A DNA stretch of 64,000 nt from assembly GCA_977020255.1 (NCBI GenBank), contig CDROCS010000206.1, forward strand, positions 1 through 64,000. The letters are read 5' to 3'. A model generated the notes under the pieces. It made no database searches, was not told where the DNA came from, and saw only the letters and a list, made by a program, of their open reading frames with translations. A program made the position numbers and the translations under genes. Of the stretch, positions 36,901 through 49,806 are shown one piece after another. How positions within the stretch are numbered: position 1 is the first letter of the stretch; each line of letters begins with the position of its first letter. The DNA is from Obrimoposthia wandeli (Eukaryota).

Positions 36901-38640
36901 AATGATTTTGAAGGTGATGATTATTGTGCTGCAGATACAAATTTAATAATGGGTATTTTAGATAAAAATTTTAATAATGGAATAACTTTTTCTGATTTTA
37001 AATCGTATTATTCTCTGTTTACTTTTGTTTTGCCTGCTGACTTTGATATAAACACTACTGAGTTACCAAATAATGGTAATTTAAAACTTGAAATAAAATT
37101 TTCTGAAGCGTTTGCTGGTTTTACAAGTGTTTTGCTTTACGAAAAATTTGATTATGAGATTCAGATTACAAGAAATAAAACAGTCATTATATGAAGTAAG
37201 TTTTCGTTTTAAGGGTTATTCATTTATTTTTTTAGTACTCAAGAGATTTTAAAGTTTAGAAAAATTTTGCTTGATGATGAATTTATTGGAGTTTTCTCTT
37301 TGGATAAAATTTAAAATTTATGTGATGGTGGTTATGTTATCAATACGCATACGATAAATCTTCCTTGTGAACATTGGATTGCCATACATGTCGATGAAAA
37401 ATACATTAATGTGTTTGATCCTTTGAATTTTCAACTATCCTCCAAAACTAGTGTCTACAGCAGTGTTTCCCAATCTTTTTTTAATAACGACACACTTTTT
37501 TTTTTCGCGATATGTCGCGACACATCAAATTTAAAATTTTAAGAAACTAAACCAGTTACAAATGGATATAAATGCTAAATAAATAAAAAATGGATTATTA
37601 AATAATTCGTCACTTTATTATTCGCTTTAATAATATTTGTAACAAAATCGATAAAGTTTTACAGTTTCCATAAAAGAGTTTCTTTTTCTCCCTCCTCACC
37701 AAAAAAAATGCAACCACTGTCCGAATAACCTAAAATTAAATAACAAAATCATTCTGAATAACAAAATGTAATACGTACGTTTAAAAATCAATTAATGCGA
37801 AATATGTGCTTGTTTTTCTGCACACAAACGTTCAATTCTGGGATTTAATTTATAGCAATTTAAAAATTTTCGCGACACACTTATATATGCTTGGCGACAC
37901 ACTAGTGTGTCGCGACGCATAGATTGGGAATCACTGGTCTACAGTATCAAGTCAAGGTCGCCGAGTACATTATAATACTGAAAAATGTCAAAATCCATTG
38001 AAAATTAATGTGGTCCTTCGTGTTTGTTATGGTTAAAATTACAAATGTTTTAAATAAAACTGTTTTTACTTCATTTTAAAAAAAAATAGTATTAAATACT
38101 AATACTATTAAAAAACGTTTTGCAAAATTAGATCCTCAAGTAGAAAAAGAATTTGTGCAGATGAATATGTATAGTGCAGCAGAAGTTTTAATTGAAGCTT
38201 TAAACAAGTTCATTGAGGCTAATAAATATTTATTAAATGGCATTTATTGATTTCGAATATTTTGTAACTTGTAATGGAAATTTAATTATTAAGGATTTAT
38301 GCTTATTATATACGGATAATATTTTGAAACCTTATCATTTTATATTAAAAGTTCCGTGTATGTGGATTGATTTAGAAGAATATGTTCGAGAGAAATCTCA
38401 ATCTTACAAATTATCATCATAAATTACACTGGTACGATAGAAATGATTTGATACCAATTATTAAAGATTTTGAAAAAATATATTATGTCATAGATCAGAA
38501 AAAAGTATTAAAGGATATTTCTCAATTTGAAGTTTACAAAATTCGAAATATTGAGTATCCTAGAAACATAAGATGCCCATTTCGTGAACATGGTCTAGAA
38601 TATGCTTATTTAAAGTGTTAAAATATGTTTGCCTATTTTT
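33950..38640 (+). mobile_element. Polinton-3: decayed remnant (integrase, minor capsid, PZ-like, major capsid, protease, DEDD-like)
   Basis: Same gene order as Polinton-1: QTDEGKEFYN/VEKFNRTL (~33990-34100), minor capsid from ATG 34617, QQGGELLYF (35588), KSELCIFD and the rest of the major capsid (35989-37194), INTHT..EHWIA (~37340), MAFIDFEYF (38237). Many stops and frameshifts; no TIRs found. Confidence 0.9.
37461..37936. mobile_element. hAT (Buster-type) MITE, 476 bp, inserted in the Polinton-3 protease gene
   Basis: TIRs CAGTGTTTCCCAATC / GATTGGGAATCACTG; perfect 8-bp TSD GTCTACAG (37453-37460 and 37937-37944). Removing it restores VSTVSSQGRRVHYNTEKCQNPL. Confidence 0.95.
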
Positions 38641-40091
38641 TATCTAATAAATAATTTTTAATTCTGTCTTATATCTTATCGAAATTCTAGCAAATTTCAA
38701 AAGAAAATGTTAAAATAAGTTTAAAAATAGTTCATTATATAAACACTATAAAACATAGAAATAACGAAAATCTCCTTTTATTATTATCTGAATATTTTAT
38801 AGTTAATAAATTTGTAAAATATAACTTTATTTTATAATTTATAACAAATTTATTCTAAATTTGATTAAAAATGTGTTAAAATTTCTACTGTTTGAATCAG
38901 ATTTTTGAAAGAATGCACATCAGTTTTATTAATTACAGAATATTTTTTGTTATACATTTTTAAAATATAATTTCATAAATATTTAAAAAACTATTATGTG
39001 AATAATTAACTGATAATAATAGATATGTATATAAAGTTTGTTTGGTCTTTAAAACAAAATAAAAATAAATTACATTTATTTGATTATCAGACTCTCCTGA
39101 CATCTGGTAAAGAAGTTCCCATGATGTCGTTTGATCCAAATGATAACTGTCTTGATTATTAATAAGTTGATGATTGAGAGAAACATGTCTGGCAATTGAT
39201 ATCTGAGAGAAAATATTAGGAATGAATATTATAGGACATATTTATAATTAACTTACATTATATGTTTGACCAAGATTCACTGAGGAAGCTGTGGATCTGT
39301 TGCAGAGACTACCTATAATGTTGAATAAATTTATAAAGAAATAAAATTACAATTTCCTGACATATTATCAACTGCTATAATATGCTTTTGTACTGGTTGT
39401 TGCTGTTGTTTTCTCTATTGTGAATAACAATAAAAAATAGTAAAGCTTACCATATGCTTTCTTCCATTGACGTGAGACATGAATGAATACTCATTTAACT
39501 CCTTTTTGGCTATAATTATATTTAAACATTTAAAATTATAAATTGAATGACAAATAGTTAGCTTTATATACTTGAGTGTTATGTAATATTTTGTAGAAAA
39601 GAAAGTACGTTCAGTGTGGTGGAGGTGTGGGGATATGTCCTTAAATGGTAAATGTTGTGACCTAAATATTGTGTAAATAAATTCAGTGTAAAGTCGCAGA
39701 AGGACTTTGTCGGAGTGTACTGTCTTGATCATCGCTCGCCGATAGACTTTGGTAGATGGACTTTGTCGGGGTGGGGAGGATTGCCCCCTGTCCTAGAGTC
39801 CTCATATCCACCTACTTAAGTATATTTCTTCATGAATGATATTCGAAGTCTCACCTTAGCAAATCTATCACCTTTCTTAAGATATAGATTTTCACATACA
39901 TACATATACCTTTTTATGTGTTGTGTTGATTGAAAGGTAGTTAAATGATCGTTAAAGTAATTTATAATATATTATGTTGTAGTTTTCTTAACCGAATTCC
40001 TCGCCAAATTCACATACTTGGTGATCATTTTCGCTGTCTTGGATGGGCTAATAGTGACCACTTCAGTCTCCCAAACTTCCACATCATGCAG

Positions 40092-40283
40092 TATAACCAA
40101 TCTAGCGTGCGTGCCATTTGAGACGGTGCAGACGTACGTGTGGTTGCGGTACCGCAAAGTACTGGGATCAGACCCTATTTGCATGGTGGAGGCGGGTTTC
40201 TTCATCCAACTGCTGTCAGTGTCTAATCTCGGCCAAACACAAGTAGCGCTGTGTCAGCTGGCCGCTGTCTTCTGTCCAATTTG
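40092..40283 (+). CDS. Class A GPCR, exon 2 (TM2 end, ECL1, TM3)
   Basis: Acceptor tgcag|T joins exon 1 in phase 2 to give MLADSITNLACVPFE...DPICMVEAGFF...QLAAVFCPIW; donor TG|GTACAC; 192 nt keeps the frame. Confidence 0.7.
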
Positions 40284-40726
40284 GTACACTTTTAATTACT
40301 AAATTTCTCTCATATACATACTGTTTACATACATATTCACACCTACTGTCAACCAATACCAGTGACCGCTACACTAGAATGGTTCTTGAAATATGTGTTA
40401 CTTTGATGTGCAAAAGTTTACCACAATTAAAACACCATAATAAAGAGGTATGTAACGTTCTAAATTCGTCTAAAAATGATGTAATATTAATACATCATGG
40501 AGAATGTGAGTATTAATTTATTAGATGAGAGATTTTAAAAGTTTGTCTCTGTTAAAACTCAGGCATTAAGTAAGTTTTATAGGAAATTATCAATGGTATA
40601 TATTATAAATCATATGAAATGCTGGATGATAATGGGTGTAAAAGGTTTATTACAGTTAAAATAATAAATTAATATGGGCAGATGAATGTGATCAAGAATC
40701 AGAATATTTGAAAATGAAATTATCAT

Positions 40727-40860
40727 TTTCCGATTATTATAAACCCTTTATTTTAGATACGAATGCAAGTTAAGATAGAAGAGTAGAAATTTTATCGCAA
40801 TTAGATGAAAATGGTAAAGCTAGAGTTAACAGTTATAGTTCGAGAAAATTGCACAAACAC
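40727..40860 (+). mobile_element. Gypsy RNase H fossil
   Basis: FPDYYKPFILDTNAS*...LSQLDENGKARVNSYSSRKL resembles the Gypsy PD..KPF.L.TDAS...LSQ...VIAYASRKL motif. Confidence 0.65.
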
Positions 40861-41710
40861 AAAATAGGCTACATGAAAGGAATTATCAGAAGCACTCCCT
40901 CTGCAAAAAATATTTAGGTTACAACCCAATCATACGGCAATAACGATTATAATTAAAACTAAAATAACTGTAACGTCCGAATTTTAGACATGAATAAGTC
41001 ATCTGCGTTCGTTAAAATATGAAAAACACATTAATGACATATTCACTATAGTTGAGCAGATATGTTAGACGTGATTGTGATCAATATACACGCACGTTTG
41101 AAAATATTTTACTAAAAATAGAAGTTTAAAGACCATAAGTCATCAATGTGTAAGAATTGGAGAACAAAGGATACACACCTACAGAATTACAGCACAAAGA
41201 ACATAGAGTCGTTCATAATTTAAGAATAGCTACATTTGAATTCGCGCTCACTGAAATTGAAGCATTTAAACAAAACTACAAAATAACACAATAATTACAG
41301 TGACCGATCCAAGACGATGGATTGGGTGGCTAGCACCCACCTCCACATATCCAAAAAAAAATCATATCACAATATTTAATACATTTTAACTATTTGTATT
41401 TCTGTTCATATGTTCTACGATTTTAAACAGTTTGTTTTACTGACAAACGAAAGATATTCAATTTTAATATAATTTTCCGACTCGTTGGGTTGCATATTCG
41501 TACTGTCATTATCGTGATGATATCTTTCCTTGACGTTCTCGTCAGTGAACTAAAATGTTCTTACAAAGAATTACGTTCCCTACTTTCCGAAGTAATTTTC
41601 CAGAAAACGAGAGATTCCTTTCTACTATTGGAAAAAAGGTCCGTGTAACAACTAGTACCATGTATTACCATTATCATCAGCACTTGAAAGTGAAATGTTG
41701 TGATGGTAGC

Positions 41711-41863
41711 GTAAAGTGTCGTTTCTCGTTTATCAGCTCAACAGACACCTTTCTGAGTTCGACCTAAAACAGGTCGAGCTCAGATGCAAAGTCCATTTCT
41801 ACCTGTTTTAGGCCGAACTCAGAGGAGATCTGCTGAGCTGATGAATGAGAACCGATACTTTAC
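41711..41863. repeat. Imperfect foldback/palindrome (~63-bp arms, ~26-nt loop)
   Basis: gtaaagtgtcgtttctcgtttatcagctcaacagacacctttctgagttcgacctaaaacaggt pairs with acctgttttaggccgaactcagaggagatctgctgagctgatgaatgagaaccgatactttac. Confidence 0.85.
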
Positions 41864-41946
41864 ATTATTTGCGATGGTTTAGCCACAGGAAAACCAAAGT
41901 CACCAGCCCCATCTGTATCACCAATCCTACCTGACCATGTTAACAA

Positions 41947-42085
41947 TTTCAGAGATCTCCTCAAGATCCTAGCTACTTTGTCAATCGGCAGCATTGAAGC
42001 ACAAAAATACTTTTTTGTGTCAAAAGGACACAAAACTGGCTGAGGACAATAATGAGAATTGAATGACTGTCTTATCTAGTCGAAA
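41947..42085 (+). mobile_element. hAT C-terminal dimerisation domain fossil
   Basis: FRDLLKILATLSIGSIEAQ...KRT..WLRTIM resembles L.ILATLP..S..AERSFS.LKR.KT.LR.TM. Confidence 0.6.
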
Positions 42086-42708
42086 TAGCCTTGAATGTAA
42101 CTAGTATACTCAAGCCCGTACAAATATGCCTGGGTCAGGAAAGACCCCTAAAAATACTTGACAATCCGTTTTAGTTTCATTCTTTTACAAGTGTATTTAG
42201 TGTAGTTATTATATTGCTGAGAATATTATGTAGCCAATAATGTTCGTTAAATAAAGACATTTGTGTTTCTTCAACACTTAAAATAAAGCAAAATTAGAAA
42301 TAGTATCAAATAAAATTATTAAAAAATTAGTACTTTTGAAAATAGGACCCTTTAATTTTTATAAGCCTCTGGCCACCCTGTCCTCCAATCTGGCCTAAGC
42401 AGACCAGTGACTTCAGAAGATATTTGTTAACCTTTTACGCCAATTTTTCTATGACGACCTTCTTCAGTTATTGAAAATTATACTTAACATGTTACATGTA
42501 TTTACTTGTACACTAGTAAAGCCTTAAACAATTTATTGTTTTAAAAATATTAGTTGTCTTATTATAGGTCTACTTATAAATTTCAGTCGTGTTTATAACT
42601 TTAAGCCGCCTTTCCCACAATTTTAGATTCGCTAGCGAATTACTTCTTCATGATAAGGGATCTGTCTATCAGAAAAATTTCTGAAAGCTTTAAACAATCA
42701 ATTTTCAG

Positions 42709-42811
42709 GTTCAAACGTCATCTGCAGACAGGACGTGCAGTGGCAGTGTTCTACTGCATTGGTGTTCTGTGGCCTGTAGCTATCTTCTTTTACGGCGGAC
42801 TTGGTTGGCTG
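42709..42811 (+). CDS. Class A GPCR, exon 3 (ICL2, TM4)
   Basis: Acceptor ttttcag|G completes Trp in phase 2: PIWFKRHLQTGRAVAVFYCIGVLWPVAIFFYGGLGWL; donor CTG|GTAGGT. Confidence 0.7.
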
Positions 42812-43099
42812 GTAGGTGTCATTTCACAATGAATTCACTAGGGTTTCCGTTTTTAATCTATACAGGCTTCAGTTGTTGTGAGGTTATAAATTATTCTAAA
42901 AAATCAATATTTTATAAATAAGAACAATTTTTAACCTAAAAACTGAAACTTTCGACTTTTTTGTCTACACTTTTGACTTATTTTGACCTAATGACTTGTA
43001 GTTATTTTTATATATAAAAAAATCAAAAATATGCATACAAATTTATTTATAGTGACAAATGGCAATCGTATAATCATTTAAATGTCAAAGAAATTTTCA

Positions 43100-43740
43100 A
43101 TTATTTATTAACAGTTTTTAATCGATAAAAGCTTCTTTCTGCAGCACATGATGTAAATTGGTATTAATAACTTGTAAATTTCGGGAAATATGAATTTTTC
43201 AATAGTTATATACTTTTATCATCATTATTATACATATTTTTAATACATACTATTTTATTTTACACGAATCATACTCAAAATTAATAGCTAAATCTCCAGC
43301 AGGTTGAGTGACATAATATGAAGCATTTTCCTTTTATAATTAAATTATACAAAGTTTCATATTCTACTATAACTTTAAGAACTTTAGCTAAACCATCAGT
43401 ATTCTTGGCTTCCTCTCATCTAGAATACCATTTCCTTAAAAATTATTTACAATTTCTTTTACTGCTGGGAAATTTCTAAAATACCAAAAGGGAACATTCA
43501 GCTAAGTTCCCCATCTGATAATAATTGGCTGTTGTGGTTAACCTGTTTCATTAATTTTTTACCTTCTCGTAGAATTTTAACTGTTACAACTTTAAAGAAG
43601 AAATTAAATCATTTAGTGATAAAAAATTTGATTTAATTGTCATAGTACATTTGATATGGAACATCTCTGCATACATAACTTTGAGATTTTTACGTACAAG
43701 CATCATATATATATGGCAGCATCAGAAATAAATAAAGTTA
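43100..43740 (-). mobile_element. DUF659-type hAT-like transposase fossil
   Basis: LFISDAA.YM...LKVMY..MFHIKC (~43660-43735), PIIIRWGT*LN (~43500) and SCAAERSF (~43130). Confidence 0.7.
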
Positions 43741-45037
43741 AATTGTGCATATTTGTTTGTAAATATTTCAATAAATCAACAATTGCTTACGTAACTATTT
43801 CATTATTACTATTTCCTTATCAGTGATAATCAAGAAATTATTTCAAGATTTAATAGAAGAATAACAAGAATTTATTTATTATCAACAATTTTTTTTAAAA
43901 TAATTTTGTAATTTTCTTTTTTTTATTCTCACCAATTGCAGATTTTGGGATATTATGTACATTAGTATCATGTATCATGTACATTACAAGTAACTGATTG
44001 AATAAATTTCAACTGGTTTTCTCATAATACACATTTTTAAAATTTAAATACTGTAATTGTAATTGGCTATTAACATTTTGTCATTAAACACACAATAAAA
44101 TACGCTGATTTATTTAAAATTGTGTACCAAAATAAAACAGAAACTACAAAGGAACATTTTTGTTACTTTTCTTTTAAAATTATTGAAATAATATTTTTTT
44201 CTAATGTTTTGAATACAGTTATTTTATAACAATTTAAACCCATCAGTGACTTTATAATTATACCAGATTGATATTGTTAAGTTCATCATAACCATGAATT
44301 GAACATCATGTCTTACTATTTGTAAGTCATGCATTCTAGCACTGAACCATCGCAACTTGTAATCTCTCCTGATAACCTAAGTAAAACTTTCTGTATGGGA
44401 AGTTACAATTGTTTGGTAGCTGAATTTGTCAATTTTTTATTCTAACGTATCATTTGTCATCAATTTAAAAGCTTATTTAGAGTCCGAATTTTGAAACCAC
44501 CAAGTATTAGCTTCACAAGAAAATTAGTCGTCACAATCGAGAATTACTTACAAGTTGTACATAATTTCACTGAACCAAAAGCTGTTTAAATCTTGATAAA
44601 ATTATAAATTTTACAAACAATTTCCTCACAAACATCAATTTTCAAAAGAATAAATTAAATCACAATAATTATGCTATTAATCAAAACTTCAAATACCTTA
44701 AAACATTAATTACATAGACAATTTTTCAATGTTAATTATTTTAAATAGCGACGTGGTATTTTTTAAAATTCTTATAAAAAGTTTTTCAAAAAACTATAAT
44801 AAGTCACATAAATAATGTTTCATTATTAATATTGTGCGTGAAATTCTGAATAAGTACCGAAATTCCTTTTTGGTTCGCTCATAAAAGTTTTTTTTGAACT
44901 ATTAAATGAAATTGTAACACGCAATAAGATATTAAAGATATATTTGTGCCAAACATCATTACTCAGCATACTATTTATATTACATCGGATTACACAATAT
45001 ACAACTCAATGCTACATCCAGTGACTCATTGATCCCA

Positions 45038-45969
45038 AGTAGGTAGAAAGATGGAGTCTAAGCCACTTGACCCCCACTGTGTGCGCACACCAAGTTAAAG
45101 GGTGTCACACCATAAGGGTGTCACACCATAAGGGTATATGTTGCCTCACCATAGGGGTGTCTTGCCACACCATAAGGGTCTGGCTCAGAAAGGTTATGAA
45201 GGTTTGAAGGTATGGTCGTGATCGTCTATGGTCGGCCAACATACCCAAGGGGTTGTGGTCATCCATAGATGAAAGGGTCGGGGTCAGTTTTGACTTGAAG
45301 GTTTGAAGGTATGGTCGTGACGGTCTATGGTCGGCCAACATACCCAAGGGGTTGTGGTCGTCCATAGATGAAAGGGTCGGACTCAGTTTTGACTTGAAAC
45401 TTTGAAGGTATAATTAAGGTCAACTATGGTTGGTCATCACATCTAAAGGGTCATGGTCGTCCATAGGTGAAAGGGTCGGGCTAAAAACAAAGTCAAGTTT
45501 AAAATATCAAGGTTTTAGTACATGGTTGTAATCATCTTTAGAAGGTGAATTCAGTCATAAAGTATGACTGTCCATAAATCAAAGGGTCGAGATATAGACC
45601 AAATCAAGTTTTAAATGTCAAGGTTTGAATACATGGTTGTAATCATCTTTAGAAGACGAATTCATCCATATAGGTATGGTCGTCCATAGATGAAGGGTTA
45701 AAAAAAAGTTGGAATTTCATAGTTTCAAGTACATGGTTGTATTCGTCAACATATTACGAGTTTATTCATGTAAAAATTTTATGGTCGTTCACAAGTTAAG
45801 GGTTAGATTTGGCATAAATTAAGAAATTATATAGTATTCAATCAATTATTCTATGTGAAAGTTCACTCTTAAAAGTTAAGGAATGTATTACGTAATCATA
45901 CACACACTATTCTATGTGAAAATTTAGATCAAAGTTTGTTTTTTTTCCTAGGCTTATGCATCTAAAGAA
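45038..45969. repeat. Left TIR of Polinton-1 (~930 bp, with internal ~16-bp, ~99-bp and ~79-bp tandem units)
   Basis: Inverted match to 57065-57545 plus 63410-64000. Confidence 0.95.
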
Positions 45970-46044
45970 TTATGTTAAAATTTATATTAAATCAAAAATA
46001 AATAAGAAAGAAGTCAGAGAATAATACAAAATTAAACACATTTA

Positions 46045-49000
46045 TTATGTAATTTCATAATTTCCATAAGCGCGGCTTCTATTTTTCTCGATCCAATAGC
46101 GTTTGTCATCTGATGAGCTGAGAGCAGTCTTTTGTGTTATGATTGTGTATAGTTGATGATTTATTGTTCCAAAATTCTTTTGTGGTATAGTATATGCATT
46201 ACCGTTTTCATACACGTCTAAAGATGTTTGATGTACAACCGTTGATCCCTTAAGATTTACTCCTTTTGCTTTATTATTTTCAAAGTCATCTTCAAACTTA
46301 AGTGAATAACATTTACAAAGTAAGAAAATCCATTCTTTATACATTCTTCCTTCCGATTCATTTTTAAATAAACCTATTTTACTATTAAATTTATTAGAAT
46401 ATAATGGATCATTCACATTATAATTTGACGTATCTAATAATCCATCTGCAATCATTTTTGGTAACAACTGTTTTCTTAAATTAACGTTTTTACATTCCAA
46501 AAAGAATGAGTCGGTATCACTGGCAACTATATTAATTGAACAATTGAATAAATTACGATATATTTGCAAATCATGATACTGAAGAGTATACATTCGTAAT
46601 TTGCTAAGGTCTAGTACAGCTTGGCCTATATAATTTGGTCGATCGAGACAAATAAAGTCTTTTCTTAATAAAACAGCTATTAAATTATCATGAATTTCAA
46701 TTGTTCGTTGAAACATAGGTTTGCTAGTATATGTAATTAATTTTGTAGAACTAGTGCAGATGCGAAGATTCAACCGTTTCTTAACATTTTCAACGGTCTT
46801 TCCATACAAACTAACATTTTTAAGTTTATAAAAATCTTTGTCACATTTATTCGTTGCTTGTGATCTCATTTATGAATTATATTCTATATATTCTGCGAAT
46901 ATCTTAGCCTGAGAGAATTTTACTGCTCGATGAATAATTGTTACCACTGCTCCTAAACTAACATACATCTGCAATAATCTCCAATGAATAACATAATGAC
47001 TTTTTGGCGAATGCGTCATTAAAAGTTTTTCAACTTTTTTACCAGGTGAACATTTCTTTTCTGGAGCTATAGGAAGATCATCTAAAAAGTCATGAAGGTT
47101 TTCTGGTATTACCAAGTCTACTTCCATAACATAACCATATTCAATATGTTCCATGTTCACATTTTTTATTTCATGCAATATTTCGTTTAATTTTATATCA
47201 TCAAGAATCCATTCAAAATCTCCTTTTGGTAAAGGTTGATTAAGAGCCCATCCATATAAATTATTAACATCTATATATAAAAGACTTGTTTCTTCATCAG
47301 CGACTACATGATGCTTATTGACAAATGTCATTCCTCCTCGTATATCCGAAGAAATCATGTTGTACGTTTCAGGATCCTGCATCAGTTCAACCTTATGTTT
47401 TAACATTTTTAGAGCACTTGCCCAACTCAACCCAGGAATGCTAAAAAAGTTAAGTGGTTCTAAACCATCTTCACTGAGAGCTTTTCTTCTGAATGTTTGA
47501 AACACGTCAGCTAATAAATATACGTCAGTCTTTAAGTAAACTAACATATAATTCAACATATTTCTACAATTGGTTATTTTCCAAACATCTTGTGCTTTTT
47601 GATATTCAGTGTCTGTGATTTTATCATTCCATTTTACTGGTAAACTTAACTTATTCTGGAGGACATTTAATGATGTAGCAAAATCATATGGGAATATTCC
47701 TTTGCCATCAATAAGTTTAGATGGAAAAACTGATCTTGTTAATGGAATAGTTGGTAATTTACCGGCTAAATTTTCTAAAGATGATTGCAAAAATTGCAAA
47801 GAATCTATAAATTTCAGAGTTATTTTACCTAATCTTACAATCATGGCTTGAAACTTTTCCGTTGATTGTGGTATAATATTTATATCCCAGTCAGTAAATT
47901 TAATCAATGCATGTTTTAAAATATGATGTAAATCATAACCTCTGAGATTATGAAACACAATAGGTAAAGTTGGACGAAGTTTTCTTGATAAATTACATTC
48001 ATTGCATGCAGGACCTAGATACTTGCCAGTAAAGTGATCATGATCTTTAACATATTTTTCAGATGATTCGTGACATAAATAACATTCATCGGCATTGCTA
48101 AATGTATGAATCTCTGCATTTGTTAAGGGAATCATTACGTTTTTAAGAGCATCTAAATACCATGGCAAAACCTTTTCTTTAGCCAAGTTCTCTATTGACT
48201 GAAGAAATTTAACTATGCAGTCATCACCAACATTATGTTGATACTGGGTTTCAATTTCATCTGTACTCATAAATAACATACCAGATGCGACAGGCATATG
48301 CTTTTGATGATAACTCTCATCTGGTACTAATACAGATTCAAAATCAGCGTAAACGACATATTTCGGTGATATAGTTTTTGACCAATCGTTGAATTTAACG
48401 TACTTATTCTTAGGCATAGTATACATTGTAGTGCTTTCTTGATTATAGTCACATAAAACTTTATGCTTTTCTAATGACAAATCGGTTTTGAAACCATGTA
48501 AACACTTTTCACACCATTTTCTGCTAATTCTAGTCGTTCCAGTTCGAATATTTAATAGCCGGTTAAGACAACTTATTCCTATATAATGAAACCGTTCCTT
48601 GGATTCTAGTAACAATAAATTAACTATAGTTCCTTCCTTCATTTTTAATTTGTATGCAACATCGATATAAGGATTCTTGATAACATCAGTTTTTGATTCT
48701 TTTTCACTTACCTCGTTGAATATGAATACATTTATTATTATACCAGGATTTTGCCGTTCAAATTTTGATATATTTGATATTTTCATAGGCATGTCTTCGG
48801 AATTATATACAAAATCATTTAAAAATCTTTCATAGTTGCTTGGTCTATTTCTATGTGATTCTATTTCATTATATTTAAGTATTGACAATATTGCATAAAT
48901 AAAGCAAAGATTATCAGAGTTTAGAATATTTATGACTGCTTTAGATTTTGTAAGAGAATTTGGTGATTTAATATATGAATGACCTGACAATGCACAAATT

Positions 49001-49737
49001 TGACTATATTTAGTAGCAATAAATGCATATTCAAGTATATTCATCAATTTCCAACCACTACCTTTTTCTGAATATTCTTCAACTTTATTTTCCATTGTAT
49101 CTTCCATTTCTGAAATTATAGCATGTGAAAAAATCATTGCTTGATGCGAAGCATACCATTCTTTAGTTTCTCCATCATTCTTTTCAAATCTCATTCTAAT
49201 GATGTATTGTATCTTTGCATTTCCCATTAATTGCACTATTCTTTCTAGTTCGTTTAATAATGAAACTGGAACCTTAAGACTTACAAGATTGAGATGATCT
49301 ACTTTCATGGATATCATTGAATAACTATTTTCTAACGATGTTTTAGTCTGTATATTGTCATTTATTTTACGTTTTCGTGACGGAGTAGGAGCTGAAATTA
49401 CTATGTTTGATGGTTCATTAATTATATCAGTTCTTTTGCTTAAAGCCGGTACTTTAAATAATGTTTTCTTACTATCATTTTTATATTCTTTTAAATGACT
49501 AACATGTCGACTATAAAATAAGTTGTAATCAACATTTTCAGTGCTTAAACATTGTGGACATATGAAATAATTTATCCTTTTGTATGAATAACGATAATAA
49601 TTTTTCATGATATCATGACAGACTTGAGGATTAAAATGTGTTTCCGATGAACAATAATTTGAATAAGTTTTACATATACTCATCTGATGATATGATTGGT
49701 ATTGAGACATTGATTGATTTGATTGGACTTGAGACAT
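46045..49737 (-). CDS. polB: Protein-primed family B DNA polymerase (pPolB), one in-frame TAA at 46870-46872
   Basis: EKGSGWKL and NSDNLCF in the N-terminal region; exonuclease YADFES and FHNLRGYDLHHI; endonuclease VII-like insert CYLC..DHDHFTGKYLGPACNECNL; polymerase motifs YIDVNNLYG, KLKNVSLYGK and SDTDS. The 955-aa and 274-aa ORFs are in the same frame, separated by one stop. Confidence 0.97.
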
Positions 49738-49806
49738 TTTGTTCTAAAATAAAAAAAAAAATATATATATATATATAAATACAATAATTTAATTATTTTA
49801 CTTACA

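Noticed and set aside
45105-45365. 86-aa ORF with an internal repeat (MDDHNPLGMLADH...)
   Set aside because: It is only the translation of the ~99-bp tandem units in the Polinton-1 TIR.
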